A DNA stretch of 49,202 nt from Geminicoccaceae bacterium. GTDB lineage: Bacteria; Pseudomonadota; Alphaproteobacteria; Geminicoccales; Geminicoccaceae. Position 1 is the first letter of the stretch. Every line of letters starts with the position of its first letter. The position numbers were made by a program, and so were the translations under genes. Below, piece by piece: positions 45,593 to 49,202 of the stretch. The notes under the pieces are model-generated. The model did no database searches, was not told the DNA's origin, and saw nothing but the letters and a program-made list of their open reading frames with translations. Location of the stretch: the NCBI GenBank assembly GCA_020446525.1, contig JAGREO010000107.1, forward strand, positions 1-49,202, written 5' to 3'.

Positions 45593-47203
45593 CTACTGCT
45601 CGATCCAGGTGTCGTACCACGAGGAGGAGACCCAGCGCGGATTGTTGTGGCTGTTGTGGACCTTCTTGCTGGTCACGGAAATGAAAGGATGCTCGATGGC
45701 GAAGATGATCGGCAGCACCTCCATCGAATAGCGCTGGATCTCGTGATACATCTCCGCGCGCTTCTCAGGATCGAGTTCAGAGGCGGCGACGTCGATCATC
45801 GTGTCCAGATCGGTGTCCTTGTAGCCGAACTGGTTGGACCAGGGCGTGCCCACCGGTGCCCCGCTCCTGAGCCAGACCATGGTCGAGACGGCCGGATCGG
45901 CGCGGAACTGATGCCAGCCATTGGCGGTGTCGAAATCGTGATCGCGATAGACGCCGTTGAGGAAGCCCGGCGCGTCGTTGGTCTCGAGCGTCACCTCGAT
46001 CCCGACCTCACGCAGCGCCTGGGCGATATACTCGCCCCAGAGCTGGGTATATTCGCCCCAGGGTGCGGGCCGGTGCTTGAAACGCAGCCGCACGCCGTCG
46101 GCATCCGGCGTGTAGCCGGCCTCGTCCAGAAGCGCCTTGGCCTTCTCCGGGTCGTAGTCGTAGGTCGGCACGTCGTCGGTATAGTTGGCGCCGCCCGTCG
46201 ACGGGATCGGCCCGCGGCCGGGCTTGGCGAAGCCGCGCATGATGTTCTGAATTGCGAAATCGATGTCGAGCGCGTGGTAGATCGCCTTGCGCACGCGCAG
46301 ATCGGCCAAGGCCGGGTTGCGGTGGTTGAACTCGACCGTCGAGTGGGCGACGTTGTTCTCATAGCCCTTGGTGCCGACCATGAAGCGGTCGTCCTTGGAG
46401 AGCCGGACGATGTCGTCGGTCGAGATGCCGAGGAAGGTCGAGATGTGCACTTCGCCGGCCTCGAGTGCCGCCGCCGCCGCCGACTTGTCGGTGATGAAGC
46501 GCCAGACGATCCGGTCGAGATAGGGGAACTCCTCGCCGCGCCAGTAATTCTCGTTGCGCTCGGCCATGACGTACTGGCCGCGCTGATATTCGACGAACTT
46601 GAATGGCCCGGTGCCGACCGGTGCCGTATTGTAGTCGTTCTTGAGGATGTCGGTGCCCTCGTAGAGATGCTTGGGCATCGGGTGGCCGAGATCGGGCATC
46701 GCCGCGACGAAGAGATTGAGCGGCATCGGCTGGCTGTAGCGGAAGACCGCGGTGTGCTCGTCCGGGCAGTCGACCGCGTCCAGATATTGCTGCAGCGTGG
46801 AGGAGTAGTTCAGCAGCTCCTTCCACATGTTCATGGCGGTGAACGACACGTCCTCGCAGCCGAAGGGCTCGCCGTCGTGCCACTCGACGCCCTCGCGCAG
46901 CTTGACCGTGATGGTCTTGCCGTCCTCGGAGGACGACCACTCGGTCGCCAGCACCGGCACGTACTCTTCATAAGTGCGGTCGATCAGCGGCTCGACGATC
47001 TTGCCGGTGATATTGTAGACGCCGGTCGATGCGCGCAGGGCCGGATTGAGGATGCGCTGCTCGGACGACATCTGCACCACCAGCGTGCCGCCGCGCTGAA
47101 CATCGCCGTCGTCCGGCGAGCCGTCCTGCGCCCATGCATGGCCGAGCAGGGCGGGCAGGGCCGCGGTGGTGCCGAGAAGGGCCGTCGCGATCAAGCGTCT
47201 CAT
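45593..47203 (-). CDS. ABC transporter substrate-binding protein, family 5 (peptide/opine/nickel type)
   Basis: Starts at MRRLIATALLGTTAALPALLGHAWA (signal peptide, ATG 47203, preceded by GGGAGGAAG). The upstream 210 in-frame codons are not protein-like. Confidence 0.9.
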   Translation of the reverse strand: MRRLIATALLGTTAALPALLGHAWAQDGSPDDGDVQRGGTLVVQMSSEQRILNPALRASTGVYNITGKIVEPLIDRTYEEYVPVLATEWSSSEDGKTITVKLREGVEWHDGEPFGCEDVSFTAMNMWKELLNYSSTLQQYLDAVDCPDEHTAVFRYSQPMPLNLFVAAMPDLGHPMPKHLYEGTDILKNDYNTAPVGTGPFKFVEYQRGQYVMAERNENYWRGEEFPYLDRIVWRFITDKSAAAAALEAGEVHISTFLGISTDDIVRLSKDDRFMVGTKGYENNVAHSTVEFNHRNPALADLRVRKAIYHALDIDFAIQNIMRGFAKPGRGPIPSTGGANYTDDVPTYDYDPEKAKALLDEAGYTPDADGVRLRFKHRPAPWGEYTQLWGEYIAQALREVGIEVTLETNDAPGFLNGVYRDHDFDTANGWHQFRADPAVSTMVWLRSGAPVGTPWSNQFGYKDTDLDTMIDVAASELDPEKRAEMYHEIQRYSMEVLPIIFAIEHPFISVTSKKVHNSHNNPRWVSSSWYDTWIEQ

Positions 47204-47344
47204 CGTGCGTCTTCCTCCCGAGGTGCGCGCCGTCGGGCGCAAGTGAGCCCCAGCACGCTTCCATGTCAACGGCGATTGCCTTGCGGCTCCGGGCGTGGGA
47301 GGAAGATGCGAGGTTCGCAAGGTGGCATGCAGGAGGAACGCATC

Positions 47345-48202
47345 GTGACGCAGCATCCAGTCAAAGGAGTCGATCACGTCTTCCTCCTCGTCGAGGATCT
47401 CGATCGCAGTCGCGACCAGTTCGCGCGGCTCGGCTTCACCGTATCGCCGCGCGGGCTGCACAGCGCGCACAAGGGCACGGCCAACCACACCATCATGTTC
47501 GAGCACGACTATCTCGAGCTGCTCGGCATCGTCGCCGAAACCGAGGCCAACGCCTCGCGCCGGGCGATGATCGAAAAGGGCGGGGAGGGCCTCTATGCCG
47601 TCGCCTGCCGGATCGACGACGCGGCACGGGCCGAGCGGGAGCTGAAGGCGCTGGGCGTGGGGGTGGGTGAGCCGAGCGACTTCCAGCGGCCGGTGCCGCG
47701 GCCGGACGGAAGCGAAGGCGTCGCCGCCTTCTCGACGCTGATGTTCGAGCCGAGCGAAGTTCCGATCGGCATTTCCTTCATGTGCCAGCACCGCACCCGC
47801 GAAATGGTCTGGCTGCCCGAGCTGCTCGATCATCCCAACGGCGCCGTCGCTCTGGCGGGTCTGGTGGCGTCGACCGATGATCCCGACGCGACGGCCGCCG
47901 GATTCGCCCGTCTCTTCGCCGCCGGCCGGGTCGATCCGATCGACGGCGGCGCGCGCGTGGCGACGGGCTCGATCCCTCTCGACCTGCTGCGCCTCGAAGC
48001 GCTGGCGTCACGCTATCCGGCCTTCGACGTCGGTGCCACGGCGCAAGGCGGCTGGGCGGCGATGCAGATCGCCGTGCGCGACACGACCGCGACACGCACC
48101 ACGCTGCAGAACGCTGGCATCGCCGTCGTGGAGACCCTGGAAGGCATCGCCGTCGCTCCGGCCGAGGCCAGCGGCACGATCGTCGAATTCGTCCGGGCCT
48201 GA
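47345..48202 (+). CDS. VOC/glyoxalase-like domain protein
   Basis: The C-terminal part of the 851-aa track ORF is protein-like: GVDHVFLLVEDLDRSRDQFARLGF. The GTG at 47345 is 8 nt after AGGAGG; alternative ATG starts lie at 47306 and 47327. Confidence 0.75.
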   Translation: MTQHPVKGVDHVFLLVEDLDRSRDQFARLGFTVSPRGLHSAHKGTANHTIMFEHDYLELLGIVAETEANASRRAMIEKGGEGLYAVACRIDDAARAERELKALGVGVGEPSDFQRPVPRPDGSEGVAAFSTLMFEPSEVPIGISFMCQHRTREMVWLPELLDHPNGAVALAGLVASTDDPDATAAGFARLFAAGRVDPIDGGARVATGSIPLDLLRLEALASRYPAFDVGATAQGGWAAMQIAVRDTTATRTTLQNAGIAVVETLEGIAVAPAEASGTIVEFVRA

Positions 48203-48236
48203 TCCCGGACCGATCACGAACACGCGAACCCGGCGC

Positions 48237-48288
48237 TGGCGTCCCCAACGGGATTCGAACCCGTGTTTTCACCTTGAAAGGGCGCCCC
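48237..48288 (-). pseudogene. tRNA-Glu(UUC)-like 3' fragment (anticodon arm to CCA), probable att-site remnant
   Basis: Minus strand: GGGGCGCCCUUUCAAGGUGAAAACACGGGUUCGAAUCCCGUUGGGGACGCCA. It shows a perfect T-arm ACGGG-UUCGAAU-CCCGU, the 3' acceptor strand UGGGGAC plus G plus CCA, and a CUUUCAA anticodon loop. No complementary 5' acceptor strand (GTCCCCA) or D-arm is found upstream. Confidence 0.6.
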
Positions 48289-48330
48289 GAACGTCCATCC
48301 GTATCCATGACGCATCTGTGTATAGCCTTT

Positions 48331-48408
48331 TTGGACAACGACTTAGCGAATCAGCGTCCATCCTTGTCCCGGTCTGTCCAACCACGTATGTTTGACACTT
48401 GTTTGGAC
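48331..48408. repeat. Cluster of five GTCCA/TTGGAC motifs, three of them phased at exactly 10 bp
   Basis: GTCCA at 48356, GTCCC at 48366 and GTCCA(A) at 48376 are direct repeats with a 10-bp period. They are flanked by inverted TTGGAC copies at 48331-48336 and 48403-48408. The cluster sits in a lower-GC patch between the tRNA fragment and the integrase remnant. Confidence 0.55.
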
Positions 48409-48649
48409 TCCCCCCGAGACAGGGATAGGCGAAATGGCACGAGCGGTACGCGACGGGAACCTGGGCAGCCGCCGCGTCATGCGCGGGATGCCGATTCAAG
48501 TGGTCGCTCAAATCCTTGGGCACTCGACTACGCGCATGGTCGAGATGCACTACGGCCACCTTGCTCAAAGCTACGTCAAAGCGGCCCTTGAGCAGACGAC
48601 GATTGTTCTCGACGACGAACCCTCGAACGTGACGCCGCTGCGGCGCTAG
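48392..48649 (+). pseudogene. Tyrosine recombinase/integrase, C-terminal remnant only
   Basis: The ORF ends ...MRGMPIQVVAQILGHSTTRMVEMHYGHLAQSYV, which matches the box II / catalytic Tyr region (LLGHS...Y.H) of phage-type integrases. The N-terminal roughly 300 aa of a normal integrase are absent, and the upstream part of the ORF is not integrase-like. Confidence 0.6.
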
Positions 48650-48894
48650 TCGCGCTCGTCGCCGGCAAGCCGGAACGGCTCGTGCCAGCGCGCCGCGGCT
48701 GCCTGCCGCCGTGCTGCCGATCGCCGCGCGGGCAGGATCACATCGCGAAGCGCGGTCGCTGAACCGACATCGAGGCTGATCGGCCGTGTCGGCTCGACGG
48801 GCAGGAAGCCGGTGCGTCGCAAACGATAGACGCTGCCGCTGGTCACGTTGAGGAAGCCGCCGATCGCGCCGACGCCACGAAGGCAGTCGCTCAT
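48646..48894 (-). CDS. Small helix-turn-helix protein (excisionase/AlpA-like), hypothetical
   Basis: MSDCLRGVGAIGGFLNVTSGSVYRLRRTGFLPV resembles MerR/excisionase-type HTH proteins. The start at 48894 was chosen over 48960 to leave a promoter gap. Weak call. Confidence 0.4.
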   Translation of the reverse strand: MSDCLRGVGAIGGFLNVTSGSVYRLRRTGFLPVEPTRPISLDVGSATALRDVILPARRSAARRQAAAARWHEPFRLAGDERD

Positions 48895-48980
48895 GAGCGG
48901 GCTCGTGCAAATGACAGTATGACGCTGGTGATTTAGCGCATTATTCGGAAGTTCGTCCACCGAAACCTTGTGAGACGAGC

Positions 48981-49190
48981 ATGAGCACGAATATCCATCC
49001 GCCGGCCGGCAAGTTGGGCTACCGCATCAGCGAATTGGTCGGGACAAGCGGCATATCGAGATCCACGATCTACAACGAAATCAAGGCGGGCCGATTGCCG
49101 GTCGTGAAGCTTGGCCGCTCGACAATCATCCTCGCCAGCGACGCGCGGCAATGGCTGGAATCGCACCGGCAGCCCGCCAAGGCCGGCTGA
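48981..49190 (+). CDS. AlpA/excisionase-family helix-turn-helix DNA-binding protein
   Basis: 69 aa. YRISELVGTSGISRSTIYNEIKAGRLPVVKLGRSTIILASDARQWLES is the typical AlpA-type HTH layout found on integrative elements. Confidence 0.7.
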   Translation: MSTNIHPPAGKLGYRISELVGTSGISRSTIYNEIKAGRLPVVKLGRSTIILASDARQWLESHRQPAKAG

Positions 49191-49202
49191 CCGCGCGCAC
49201 CA

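Larger units (their letters stand above)
48289..49202. mobile_element. Edge of a decayed integrative element / genomic island (continues beyond the window)
   Basis: G+C drops visibly from about 48290. The patch contains a tRNA 3' fragment, phased short repeats, a truncated integrase and two divergent HTH genes. Confidence 0.5.

Noticed and set aside
45647-47300. N-terminal roughly 550 codons of the 851-aa plus-strand ORF (45647-48202)
   Set aside because: It is antisense to the well-supported family-5 binding-protein gene and has no recognisable motifs, which is the typical high-GC shadow-ORF pattern. Only the last roughly 285 codons (VOC domain) look like protein, and they have their own AGGAGG-GTG start.
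48237-48313. A complete tRNA gene on the minus strand
   Set aside because: The 77 nt ending in CCA begin GCGTCAT, which cannot pair with the 3' acceptor strand UGGGGAC (GTCCCCA would be required). No D-arm can be drawn, so only the 3' half is tRNA-like.

Overview
This is a gene-dense, high-GC segment (roughly two-thirds G+C by eye) that looks like alphaproteobacterial chromosome; that assignment is an inference from a SAM-II-type metA leader, a DUF4170 gene, a HiPIP gene and CoxD/E/XdhC-type genes. Almost every base is covered by recognisable genes. Many neighbours are joined by ATGA, GTGA or 1-4 nt junctions. From left to right the window contains: (1) the trailer end of a type I-E-like CRISPR array (1-85), with no cas genes in the following 49 kb; (2) a minus-strand operon of MFS, M20 peptidase, MaoC, crotonase, Fe-ADH-like and HAD genes; (3) a translationally coupled minus-strand operon of CoxD-like MoxR ATPase, CoxE-like VWA protein, split XdhC, a molybdopterin-binding/MocA fusion, SufS and a SufU-like protein, with no molybdo-hydroxylase structural genes in the window; (4) two uncharacterised membrane proteins; (5) housekeeping and sulfur/nitrogen genes (glgC, a transsulfuration enzyme, guaD, HiPIP, a BCCT transporter, metA with its leader, O-methyltransferase, bcp, glnE, tyrS, cysE-nifS-like); (6) a 13.6 kb unidirectional gene train combining a peptide-type ABC importer, a class V PLP enzyme, an FAD oxidase, an ATC-hydrolase-like protein, an M20D amidohydrolase and a PTS-dependent dihydroxyacetone kinase with DhaM split into three genes; (7) at the right edge, a lower-GC patch with a tRNA-Glu-like 3' fragment, phased GTCCA repeats, a truncated tyrosine integrase and two small HTH genes, which looks like a decayed integrative-element boundary. 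I found no strongly supported, wholly novel multi-gene system. The best leads are the orphan Mo-cofactor maturation/sulfuration operon, the ATC-hydrolase-centred uptake operon, the membrane-protein pair and the island edge. The many long Arg/Pro/Ala-rich ORFs in the supplied track are antisense or off-frame high-GC artefacts.
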